Positions 1 through 9,147 of a stretch of DNA of 64,000 nucleotides are shown here, in pieces. This stretch comes from Podarcis bocagei (taxonomy: Eukaryota). The notes under the pieces were generated by a model. The model was not told the origin of the DNA. It was given only the letters and a program-made list of their open reading frames with translations, and did not search any database. The position numbers were made by a program, and so were the translations under genes. Numbering within the stretch: the stretch's first letter is position 1; each line of letters begins with the position of its first letter. Location: assembly GCA_964188305.1 (NCBI GenBank), contig OZ076890.1; one strand, 5' to 3'.

Positions 1-754
1 ATCTGAGTGAATTATGTGCGTGGTCTGTGTGCCAGGCCAGTGTTTGCAATAATCCAACTCATGTCATGATTGGCAGTTATTATACAAGCATCTATTGTTA
101 AGAAAACTACTTAACACTACTGTCTTTGAAAGTGGTTGTCAATTGAATACTTCAGAACTGAACAGTGGTCAGACTTCAAGAATATGTAGATCTACAGAGG
201 TAAAAGGAATCGTGGTTCCAATTTTTATCCTATTAACAACATTACTAGTAGAAAATGTATTAAGATTCAATACAATTCATTCCTCTCATGTTGAGTATTA
301 AAATAATGATATCCCTTATAATTTCTAAATGACTATGGATCAGCTATAGTGTTGTGAAGGTGCTGCCATGACCCTTTCATTTTTAATTCTCTTTTATGCA
401 AGTTTCTGACCTGCATAAATTTGACAACCCCAAGGTGTTTCCACAACTTTCATATTAATTCTACCTTAATGGGACTCTTTGGCTTAACTTTCCAGGTTTG
501 GGCATTTAATATCCTAGCCATAGAAAGAATATATAACACGTGTAGCTGATAGATCGCCAGAAGACTGCGTTTTACAATATTTAGTAGGCAGATGGGATAA
601 TCTCAGTTTAAATCTGTTTGAAATATAACTTTAATCATCACGTTGCCATAAGCCCATAGCCTTCTGGCATCTTCAACATATATGATAAAAGTGTTTTAAA
701 ATTAATGTATTAGTCCCAACAATGGCCTGGCTCTGACGCATTCTCACTCATATA

Positions 755-1119
755 CCGTATTTTTCGCTCTATAACACGCACCAGACCATAATACGCACGT
801 AGTTTTTAGAGGAGGAAAACAAGAAAAAAAATATTCTAAACGAAATAGTGGATATATGATTTTTATGGTTTATGCTATGGCCACAGACATGTGATCTGAC
901 AGTGAGTTTGGAGTAGCCCAATGCAAAAATCCTGAGGATCCATGTGGATCCATGCTTTGTAACCACGGAGGAGGGAAGGAAGGGGAACCATGGATCCTCT
1001 GCTCACGACTGCAGCAGATCCCCCCCGCCACCCGCAGGCATTCACTCCATAACACGCACAGACATTTCCCCTTACTTTCTAGGAGGGAAAAAGTGAGTGT
1101 TATGGTGCAAAAAATACGG
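755..1119. mobile_element. Non-autonomous Tc1/mariner-superfamily DNA transposon (MITE)
   Basis: Terminal inverted repeats CCGTATTTTT...AAAAATACGG flanked by TA on both sides. A related copy lies at 34850-35199. Confidence 0.75.
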
Positions 1120-1509
1120 TATTTTAACAAAGCAAAGTGGAGCTTTCCCACTTCACTGAATCAGTGGGAAATTAGCTCAAGAACATAATAGTGCCATCAC
1201 ATCACTCCAAGCATCTAGGACCTACATCCTGCTTCCTACAGTAGCCAATCAGATGCTTCTGGGAAGTCCACAAGCAGGGCTCAGAAGCAATGGTCCTCTC
1301 CCAATGGTGTAATTGGAGAGCACAGAAAAGTAGACTTCCTGTGGACACAGAGGCTCCATATAACCAACATGGGTAGTAGTCATAGTTAGACCTATCCTTT
1401 ACGAATCTGCCCAGATCCCTGGTTCAATGGGGAAGCCGTGAATTTCTTGGCCTTATGGCTGAGGTCAAATATATGGTGTAGCAGTACAACTGTCTTTGGA
1501 CTATTGAAG

Positions 1510-1857
1510 CAAACCCTCCAAGTGTCCCTGTTTTCCAGGGACAGTCCCAGATTTACAGAAGCTGTCCAGGTTTCTAATTTGATCACAGAATGCCCCGCTT
1601 TTCCTTAGGACGTCCCTATTTTCATCAGAGAAATATTGGAGGGTATGGAGTTATCTGACCCCTGAGCCATCTGAAGACAGCCCTGTATAGGGAAGTTTTT
1701 ATTTAATGTTTTATTATGCCTTTATATTATGTTGGAAGCTGCCCAGGGTGGCTGGGGCAACCCTCTCAGATGGGCAGGGAACAGTAAAATTAGTATTAAT
1801 AATATTATTATGGAACAGGACACCCCTATTTTCATTGGAGAAACGTTGGAGAGTATG
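1510..1857 (+). mobile_element. Composite MITE-like repeat containing an L2 LINE 3' end
   Basis: Ends CA(A)ACCCTCCAA...TTGGAGAGTATG. Internal 1670-1800 matches the L2 3' end seen at 17780-17920. An inverted copy lies at 2991-3328 and a partial one at about 63554-63640. Confidence 0.55.
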
Positions 1858-1957
1858 CTGAGTTGACACCTGTATGTAACTACACAATACGATGTTCATT
1901 TAATCATACCATCTGCACATGAGGAGGTTATTCAATTTTATTTTATTTTTAATAGTA

Positions 1958-2166
1958 CAGTGGTACCTCGGGTTACACACTCCACTAACCCAGAAATACT
2001 GCTTCAGGTTAAGAACTTTGCTTCAGGATAAGAACAGAAATCGGGCTCCGGCGGAGCGGCGGCAGCAGGAGCCCCATTAGCTAAAGTGGTGCTTCAGGCT
2101 AAGAACAGTTTCAGGTTAAGAACAGACATCCGGAACGAATTAAGTACTTAACCCAAGGTACCACTG
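1958..2166. mobile_element. Tigger/pogo-like (Tc1/mariner) MITE
   Basis: TIRs CAGTGGTACCT...AGGTACCACTG with TA TSD. There are four near-identical copies in the window. Confidence 0.8.
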
Positions 2167-2990
2167 TATCTGGTATGGTCCTTCCTGGTGAAAGGGTTCA
2201 GCTTGACTTGATTTAGATTCCCTCTCATGGTGCTTTATTCCTCTTCAAAGCACATCCTTCCAAAGGACACACTCGGTGTTCTCACCTAAAGAGAGCTACA
2301 CACCTAAAAGAAATGACAAAAACAAGGTAGAGTGACTACAATGCTTTTATGTAGGAGGTTGGAGCACAGACTTGAGCAACCAGTTCTGCTCCCATTGCGG
2401 CCAGCCTTAAAAAACCAGGACACAAAATCAAAGCAGATGGGTATGTCGAGGCCATAGGTGTCATGTGTCAGTAGCCACAGTGGCCAATCTGATGCCTATG
2501 GGAAGCTTGTGAGAACTTTCCACAGGGACCTGGTTGGCCATCATGAGAACAAAACTAGATGGGTCTTCGGTCTGGTCTAGCAGGGTTTGTCTTATGTTCT
2601 TAAGGAGCGGGCATGATTCATACAGTCCTATTTTCCCAGGTCCAGCATTCCAGGATGGGGACTGGGGGTGGGGTGGGGTGGGCATTTGCCAGTTACAGGG
2701 CTTCAGACTCTGTCTACCATACCTGCTACTAACAGACTGGCCTGCCCTTCATTCATTGCCCTGAGGACACAAGTGAGGACAACAGAGAGGCTGTCAACTG
2801 GCAAACTGCCTTCCTGGTAGCACTTGCTCCAATGTTTACCTTGTGGCATGGTAATGGGGGTTCCAAGGCATGAGGCCCTCAGATGATCTGGTTGGTGCAG
2901 GCCAGCTATGAAAGCAGCCGACCGAAGGGCCCTCCAAAGAAGGAATGGGGCCTGGCTTTCCCTGAGGAGTTCTGTCAACCCAGATGTTCA

Positions 2991-3328
2991 CATGTCCTCC
3001 AACATTTTTCTGATGAAAATAGAGATACAATAACAACAACTCGCCCAACTGATTGGGCTGCCCTAGCCATTCTGGGAGGCTTCCAACATATATAAAAAGA
3101 GAATAAAACATAAAATATTAAACATATCCCTTATACAGGACTGTCTTCAGACGTCTTCTAAAGGTTGTATCTCCCTGGCTCAGGGGTCACTTAACCCTCC
3201 AACATTTCTCCAATCAAATTAGGGATGTCCTAAGAGAAAACAGGACATTCCAGGATCAAATCAGAAATTGGAATGGCTTCTGTAAATCTGGGACTGTCCC
3301 TAGAAAAATAGAGACACTTGGGGAATCT
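2991..3328 (-). mobile_element. Second, inverted copy of the composite MITE/L2-tail repeat
   Basis: Reverse complement of 1510-1857, including the internal L2 3' end. Confidence 0.55.
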
Positions 3329-3633
3329 GTGTTCATGCACCGTGGTGGATTTTGAACAAAGCCAGCTTGTTTCTAATGTTGCATGCACTGGGTGCATTGC
3401 TTGAATGATAGAACAAAGCAGTTCGGGTAATTCAGTTCAGGCTGCTATCCCACTTAAGTAAGTGCCACTAAACGAAGCAAGACTTATTTCTGAGAAGACG
3501 TGCACAAAATTGCATTGTTACCCTTCTACTTTGGGAGGAGTTTTCTCTCTGTATACTAAAATGAGCCTTCACTTCATCTGGCATTTTCCCACTAAGACTT
3601 CTGAACTCTGAGAAGTCCATTTGCTGTTCTTTT

Positions 3634-4219
3634 TGTGGGATGTAAACACAGGAGCAGTCAATGACAACATTCCTAGAGTATACATGTTACAACATGGGGA
3701 GGGATGTCTGTCCATCAAGCAGGTAAACTTCCTGGGGACGGACTTCCTCCACATGTGACCAGAGGTGGGTGTGGCCTCACCTGTGCAGGTAATGACAAAA
3801 AAGCACAGGGCAGGCAGCCATCTCTCTCTCTCTGCCATCACCTTTCGAAGAAGCAGGATGCCCTCTTGGCTCTCAGCCAAGAGAGGAGAGGGCTATCTTC
3901 CTATAAGATAGATTCTAAGTGTATTTTACCTTTTTAAGCCTGTCTGCCGTCTGGGATCATATTGTGAACAGATCGTGAGTAAACTCTTTTATACTTTTAT
4001 AAAGACTGTGTTGTGTCTTGTATTTTAAGAGGGAACAAAGGGGAAATTACCAGAGTAATTATTATAGAGGTTCTAGCGAACCTGTGCACACGTTACCGTT
4101 GCGAACTTAAAGGGGAATGTCTATAAACTCTGCTGATATTTTGGGAACTTGTTAGCACAAGTTGGACAAGGATATAATTAGTCAATATATCCTCTCCTGC
4201 ACCCCAGAACATTCCCACA
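3634..4219 (+). repeat. Copia 5' LTR
   Basis: Direct repeat of 8562-9147. Putative TATA (TATAAGA, 3902-3908) and poly(A)-signal variant AGTAAA (3978-3983) followed by a GT-rich tract. Confidence 0.97.
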
Positions 4220-4237
4220 AAGGGTAAATGGCCCCAG
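4220..4237 (+). promoter_or_regulatory. Primer-binding-site region (degenerate half-tRNAiMet type)
   Basis: AAGGGTAAATGGCCCCAG directly after the 5' LTR. It matches 11/15 ungapped to GGGTTATGGGCCCAG, the complement of the tRNAiMet anticodon arm used by copia-type elements. Confidence 0.55.
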
Positions 4238-4506
4238 TATTGCATATTTCTGCATATTTTTGAAGGATTGCATTGGATTGTGATTTTGAGTTGAGTAGTA
4301 TTTTTCTGAGTTAACTTCCTGGTAAGCACATGGTCCTTTGTTCCATTGTGCAGTGGGGATTAAGCAACCCCCCCCCTTCCCTCAGAGTTCACAGTGACCC
4401 AAGGCAGTGAAGAATTGTTTTGCATTTTGAGATTTTTGAGATTTTGATTTTAAAATTTTGAGAAATTTTTGAAATTTTGAAGAATTTTCAAATTTTGGAT
4501 TTTAAG

Positions 4507-7500
4507 ATGGCTAGAGCAGCTTTTGATAGTGATGCGAAGCTAGGAATGCCTGTGCTGAATGAGTACAATTTCATGCACTGGAAGCAGCGCTTGATAGCAT
4601 GTTTAGATTATAAGCATATTTTGGAAGCTTTAAAGCCTCAGCCTACAGGATCGTCTGAGGAGGATTTAGCCAAGATAAGTGCTTGGAAACGTATGAACAG
4701 CGAAGCTAGACACATAATTTTGAGTGGACTTCGTGATGAGCAGCTATCATTAATAAATAGTACAGATGATGCATCTCAAATCTTAAGAGATATTGAGCGC
4801 GTATATGGAGAATCTAGCATAAACAGCTTCAGAAACTTGGTGTGTAAATTAACCAGATTGAGGATGAATTCAAAAGAGGAATTCACAGAGCACATCAACA
4901 AATTTACTGAGATTATTCAAAGAATTGATCTGACTCCCAAAGCTTTTGATGAGGATACAAAGATAGCATTTTTGTTATCATCACTTGGACCACGCTTTAG
5001 CGCATTTGTAAGTTTGATGGCTCATAAACAAGGTCTGACTTTTAAAGACTTGATTGGTTATTTAAAAGAAGAATGCAGAGATAGAGCTGAATCTCCAGTG
5101 AGAAATGCTAGAAGCAAGGACAGCAGTTATGCATCTTGGCAATGTACAAAGTCCAAAGAGATGCCTAAGAAAGTGATTTGCTTTAATTGTAACAAAGAAG
5201 GACACATTGCAAAGAACTGCAGAGCTCCTAAAGCGAAGAAACCCCACCCCTTTCAGCCAAAAGGGGAAAAGAAGGGGAAATGTGAATGCACATGGTTACT
5301 GCAAGAAAGGAACTTAGCTGTCCAGAATCGTGAAAATAAACGTAATAAATGGATTTTAGATTCAGGAGCGAGTTCGCATTTTTCATATAAAAGGGACTAT
5401 TTTAATGAGATTAATGAAATAAATGATGAAGAAGGATCTGAAATTGAGATTGCAGATGGTAACATTGTTAAAGCAAAAGGTGCAGGTTCCATGAGCCTGA
5501 AATGCAATATAAACAATGAATGCATTGAGAACACAATCTCTAGAGTTTTGTACGTTCCAGAGCTGAGCTGCAATTTAATCAGCGTGTCCACTTTGGACAA
5601 GAAAGGTTTCCAGGTCACATTTGGAAATGGAGAATGTAAAGTGACTAGAAATGGCAAAGTGTTTGCTCAAGCAAAGCTAATAAATGGTGTATATGAGCTT
5701 GATCTTTCAGAGAACCAGTCTGCAAAAGTGGCACATTCCAGCCAGAAGGATGAAGCAGATCTAGACTTATGGCACAGAAGGCTAGGACACAGGGACGCCA
5801 GCCTCATTCTGGATCTACAGAAAAGAAATCTTGTAAGAGGTTTGCAGGTAAAGCAGAGCAACAAAGCTCCAGCAAAGTGCATAAGCTGTATTACTGAGAA
5901 GGCTATAAAACCTTCATTTCCACGTTGTGCAGAACAAAGGAGCAACAAAGTGCTTGACATAGTGCACACTGACATATGTGGACCCATGAATGTTCCCTCA
6001 CTGGGAAAGAATAGATATATTTTAATATTTCTGGATGACTTTTCAAGATTTTGTGTTGTATATTTCCTCAAAGAGAAGAGTGAGACAGTGGAGAAGCTCC
6101 AGGAATACATTGCCATGGTCAAGAACAAATTCCAGAGAGCTCCAGCTGTGTTAATGAGTGACAATGGAGGTGAGTACTGCTCAAATGAAATGCAGGCTCT
6201 CCTGGCCAAGGAAGGAATTGCACACGTAACCACAATTCCTTACACACCACAGCAGAATGCCATAGCTGAGAGAAAGTTTAGGTCCATTATGGACATGACA
6301 AGGTGCATGCTAAAGGATGCACGTTTGCCACAAAAGCTGTGGGCCGAAGGAGTGTACACGTCGGTCTATTTGCAGAATAGACTGCCAACTAGAGGTGCAG
6401 AGCGCACACCATTTGAACTTTGGCATGGGAAAGCTCCCAATCTGTCGCACATACGTGTGTTTGGAAGTCCGTGTTACTTCCACGTGCCCAAGGAACACAG
6501 ACACAAGCTTGACTCCAGGGCAAAAGCAGGTATCCTTGTGGGATATGCTTCTGGAGGCAAAGGATACAGAATTATGGACTTACAAACTGGTAAGACAAAT
6601 GCATACCATGCGGTTTATTTTGATGAATATGGAAAAGTAGACACTAAGAACACTGTTGTGGATTCTTCAGATGAGTCAGAAAGGACTCAAGAGTTTGTAT
6701 ATTTCCCTTTTGAGACCCCACAAAGTAATTATCTGCCTTCGAGTGTTACAGCGCCCCATACAGGCGACGCACCAGAAGACGCAGAGAACCAGAACCCTGG
6801 CGGCACCAGAGACGAAGATGAGGATTCAGATGGGGACATGCCTGCGTTGGAGGAGGATGAGGAAGCTGATGCGGTCGCACAACCAGAGGTCAGGATCTCA
6901 TCCAGAACCAACAAAGGTGTCCCACCAGTACGGTTGTCCTACTTTGCAGGGTCGGCGTTTCCACAGGAACCTTCCACTTGGGAAGAGATACAGGAGATGC
7001 CAGCTGCAGAAGCCAGTCTCTGGAGGAAGGCCGCGCAGGAGGAGATGGATGCACTGCATCAGAACAAGACCTGGACACTCACTGAGCTGCCTCCCGGTAA
7101 GAAGGCCATTGGCAGTAAATGGGTTTTCAAGGTTAAGAAGGGGTCAGAAGGAGAAGTGCAGCGCTACAAAGCTAGACTTGTGGCACAGGGATTTTCACAG
7201 CGTTTTGGTGAAGACTATGATGAAGTTTTTGCACCAACTGTGAGGTACAGCAGCGTAAGAATGCTTTTAAGCATTGCAGCCTCCAAGAAAATGAGGGTGA
7301 AACACATAGACATTGCTACCGCTTTTCTACATGGGCAGATTTCAGAGGAAATTTACATGAAGCAGCCCAAAGGTTTTGTAAAACCACATGAGGCACATCT
7401 AGTGTGCAAACTGCAGAAAGGACTTTATGGACTTAAACAGGCTGCCAGAGCCTGGAACCAGAAGTTGCATAAAATGCTGACGCAACTTGGGTACAAGCAA

Positions 7501-8517
7501 GGCGACGCTGACAAGTGCTTGTACAGTAGGTCAAATAATGGACAATTCTCATATATCCTAGCATTTGTTGATGACCTGATTATTGCCACAGCAAGTGAGA
7601 AAGACTATACACAGATAGTAAAACACCTCAGCAAGGAGGTGGAGGTCAAGGAGCTAGGAGATGTCCAGTATTACCTCGGGATCCAGGTGGAAAGAGAAGA
7701 GGACGGCTCATTTCTTCTCAACCAAAGACAGAAGATCCATGAGCTAGTTGAGCACATGCAGATGCAAGACGCACATCCAGTTGCTACACCGATGGCTACT
7801 GACTTCCTGAAGAATCAGCAGGATTCGAAGCAGTTGCCAGACAACAATGACTACAGGTCGGCGATTGGTAAACTTTTGTATTTAGTTACCACATGTAGAC
7901 CTGACTTAGCTAATGCTGTGGGGATTCTTAGCAGAAAAGTGAATTCTCCCACTGAGCATGATTGGGCAGGTGTAAAGAGGGTGGTGCGATATTTGAAGGG
8001 TACCATGAATTGTAAATTAAGGTTACCAGCCGTCAGAGACCCTAAGTTGGTTGGGTATACTGATGCTGATTGGGCTGGGGATAATGCTGATTATAAATCA
8101 ACAAGTGGTCATGTTTTCATGTTTGGGGATGGACCTGTTTCATGGGGCAGTTATAAACAGAGCTGTGTAGCATTATCTTCCACAGAATCAGAGTACGTTG
8201 CAGCAACAGAAGCCTGCAGAGAGATCGCCTGGCTTGATCAACTCATAAAGGACTTTGGGTTGGTGAGAAAAGGGCCTGTCAGCTTGCTAGAGGACAATCA
8301 AAGTTGCCTGAAGCTGACGCAGAGTGAGAAGTTCCTGGCCAGAACAAAACACATTGGGGTTAAATACCACTACATACGCCAGATGATCCAGGATGGACTT
8401 GTGGAACTATCCTACTGCAGCACCCAAGAGATGACTGCTGACATCCTGACGAAACCCCTACCAAGAGAGAGTTTCCAGAATCTACGTGTCAAGCTGGGAC
8501 TCTGGGTGGTTGAATAA
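4507..8517 (+). CDS. Copia gag-pol polyprotein (1336 aa from the first ATG)
   Basis: Uninterrupted ORF. Zinc knuckle CFNCNKEGHIAKNC. Protease WILDSGASSH. Integrase WHRRLGH..CISC, HTD/SDNGGEY/AER and GKGY. RT KARLVAQGF, LYGLKQ, FVDD. RNase H YTDADWAG, EDNQ, ADILTK. The ORF track starts at TTG 4477, but the first ATG is 4507. Confidence 0.97.
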   Translation: MARAAFDSDAKLGMPVLNEYNFMHWKQRLIACLDYKHILEALKPQPTGSSEEDLAKISAWKRMNSEARHIILSGLRDEQLSLINSTDDASQILRDIERVYGESSINSFRNLVCKLTRLRMNSKEEFTEHINKFTEIIQRIDLTPKAFDEDTKIAFLLSSLGPRFSAFVSLMAHKQGLTFKDLIGYLKEECRDRAESPVRNARSKDSSYASWQCTKSKEMPKKVICFNCNKEGHIAKNCRAPKAKKPHPFQPKGEKKGKCECTWLLQERNLAVQNRENKRNKWILDSGASSHFSYKRDYFNEINEINDEEGSEIEIADGNIVKAKGAGSMSLKCNINNECIENTISRVLYVPELSCNLISVSTLDKKGFQVTFGNGECKVTRNGKVFAQAKLINGVYELDLSENQSAKVAHSSQKDEADLDLWHRRLGHRDASLILDLQKRNLVRGLQVKQSNKAPAKCISCITEKAIKPSFPRCAEQRSNKVLDIVHTDICGPMNVPSLGKNRYILIFLDDFSRFCVVYFLKEKSETVEKLQEYIAMVKNKFQRAPAVLMSDNGGEYCSNEMQALLAKEGIAHVTTIPYTPQQNAIAERKFRSIMDMTRCMLKDARLPQKLWAEGVYTSVYLQNRLPTRGAERTPFELWHGKAPNLSHIRVFGSPCYFHVPKEHRHKLDSRAKAGILVGYASGGKGYRIMDLQTGKTNAYHAVYFDEYGKVDTKNTVVDSSDESERTQEFVYFPFETPQSNYLPSSVTAPHTGDAPEDAENQNPGGTRDEDEDSDGDMPALEEDEEADAVAQPEVRISSRTNKGVPPVRLSYFAGSAFPQEPSTWEEIQEMPAAEASLWRKAAQEEMDALHQNKTWTLTELPPGKKAIGSKWVFKVKKGSEGEVQRYKARLVAQGFSQRFGEDYDEVFAPTVRYSSVRMLLSIAASKKMRVKHIDIATAFLHGQISEEIYMKQPKGFVKPHEAHLVCKLQKGLYGLKQAARAWNQKLHKMLTQLGYKQGDADKCLYSRSNNGQFSYILAFVDDLIIATASEKDYTQIVKHLSKEVEVKELGDVQYYLGIQVEREEDGSFLLNQRQKIHELVEHMQMQDAHPVATPMATDFLKNQQDSKQLPDNNDYRSAIGKLLYLVTTCRPDLANAVGILSRKVNSPTEHDWAGVKRVVRYLKGTMNCKLRLPAVRDPKLVGYTDADWAGDNADYKSTSGHVFMFGDGPVSWGSYKQSCVALSSTESEYVAATEACREIAWLDQLIKDFGLVRKGPVSLLEDNQSCLKLTQSEKFLARTKHIGVKYHYIRQMIQDGLVELSYCSTQEMTADILTKPLPRESFQNLRVKLGLWVVE

Positions 8518-8561
8518 AGTTGTTTATGTTTTGTATATGTTGTATTGCCTGAGAAGGGGTA

Positions 8562-9147
8562 TGTGGGATGTAAACACAGGAGCAGTCAATGACAACATTC
8601 CTAGAGTATACATGTTACAACATGGGGAGGGATGTCTGTCCATCAAGCAGGTAAACTTCCTGGGGACGGACTTCCTCCACATGTGACCAGAGGTGGGTGT
8701 GGCCTCACCTGTGCAGGTAATGACAAAAAAGCACAGGGCAGGCAGCCATCTCTCTCTCTCTGCCATCACCTTTCGAAGAAGCAGGATGCCCTCTTGGCTC
8801 TCAGCCAAGAGAGGAGAGGGCTATCTTCCTATAAGATAGATTCTAAGTGTATTTTACCTTTTTAAGCCTGTCTGCCGTCTGGGATCATATTGTGAACAGA
8901 TCGTGAGTAAACTCTTTTATACTTTTATAAAGACTGTGTTGTGTCTTGTATTTTAAGAGGGAACAAAGGGGAAATTACCAGAGTAATTATTATAGAGGTT
9001 CTAGCGAACCTGTGCACACGTTACCGTTGCGAACTTAAAGGGGAATGTCTATAAACTCTGCTGATATTTTGGGAACTTGTTAGCACAAGTTGGACAAGGA
9101 TATAATTAGTCAATATATCCTCTCCTGCACCCCAGAACATTCCCACA
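8562..9147 (+). repeat. Copia 3' LTR
   Basis: Direct repeat of 3634-4219, preceded by the polypurine tract. Confidence 0.97.

Larger units (their letters stand above)
3634..9147 (+). mobile_element. Full-length Ty1/Copia LTR retrotransposon
   Basis: LTRs at 3634-4219 and 8562-9147 (586 bp each, TGTGGGA...TCCCACA termini). 5-bp TSD CTTTT at 3629-3633 and 9148-9152. PPT GAGAAGGGG at 8551-8559. Domain order is gag-PR-IN-RT-RH. Confidence 0.98.

Noticed and set aside
1-700. Possible 3'UTR of the expected upstream neighbour MOSPD2
   Set aside because: No coding sequence in the window supports it.
3569-3937. ORFs of 77-103 aa repeated at 8524-8865
   Set aside because: They are incidental frames within the duplicated LTR.
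5062-7243. Antisense and alternate-frame ORFs up to 195 aa inside the Copia element
   Set aside because: Shadows of the gag-pol codon structure with no motifs. No env-like ORF is present, as the pol stop is only 44 nt from the 3' LTR.
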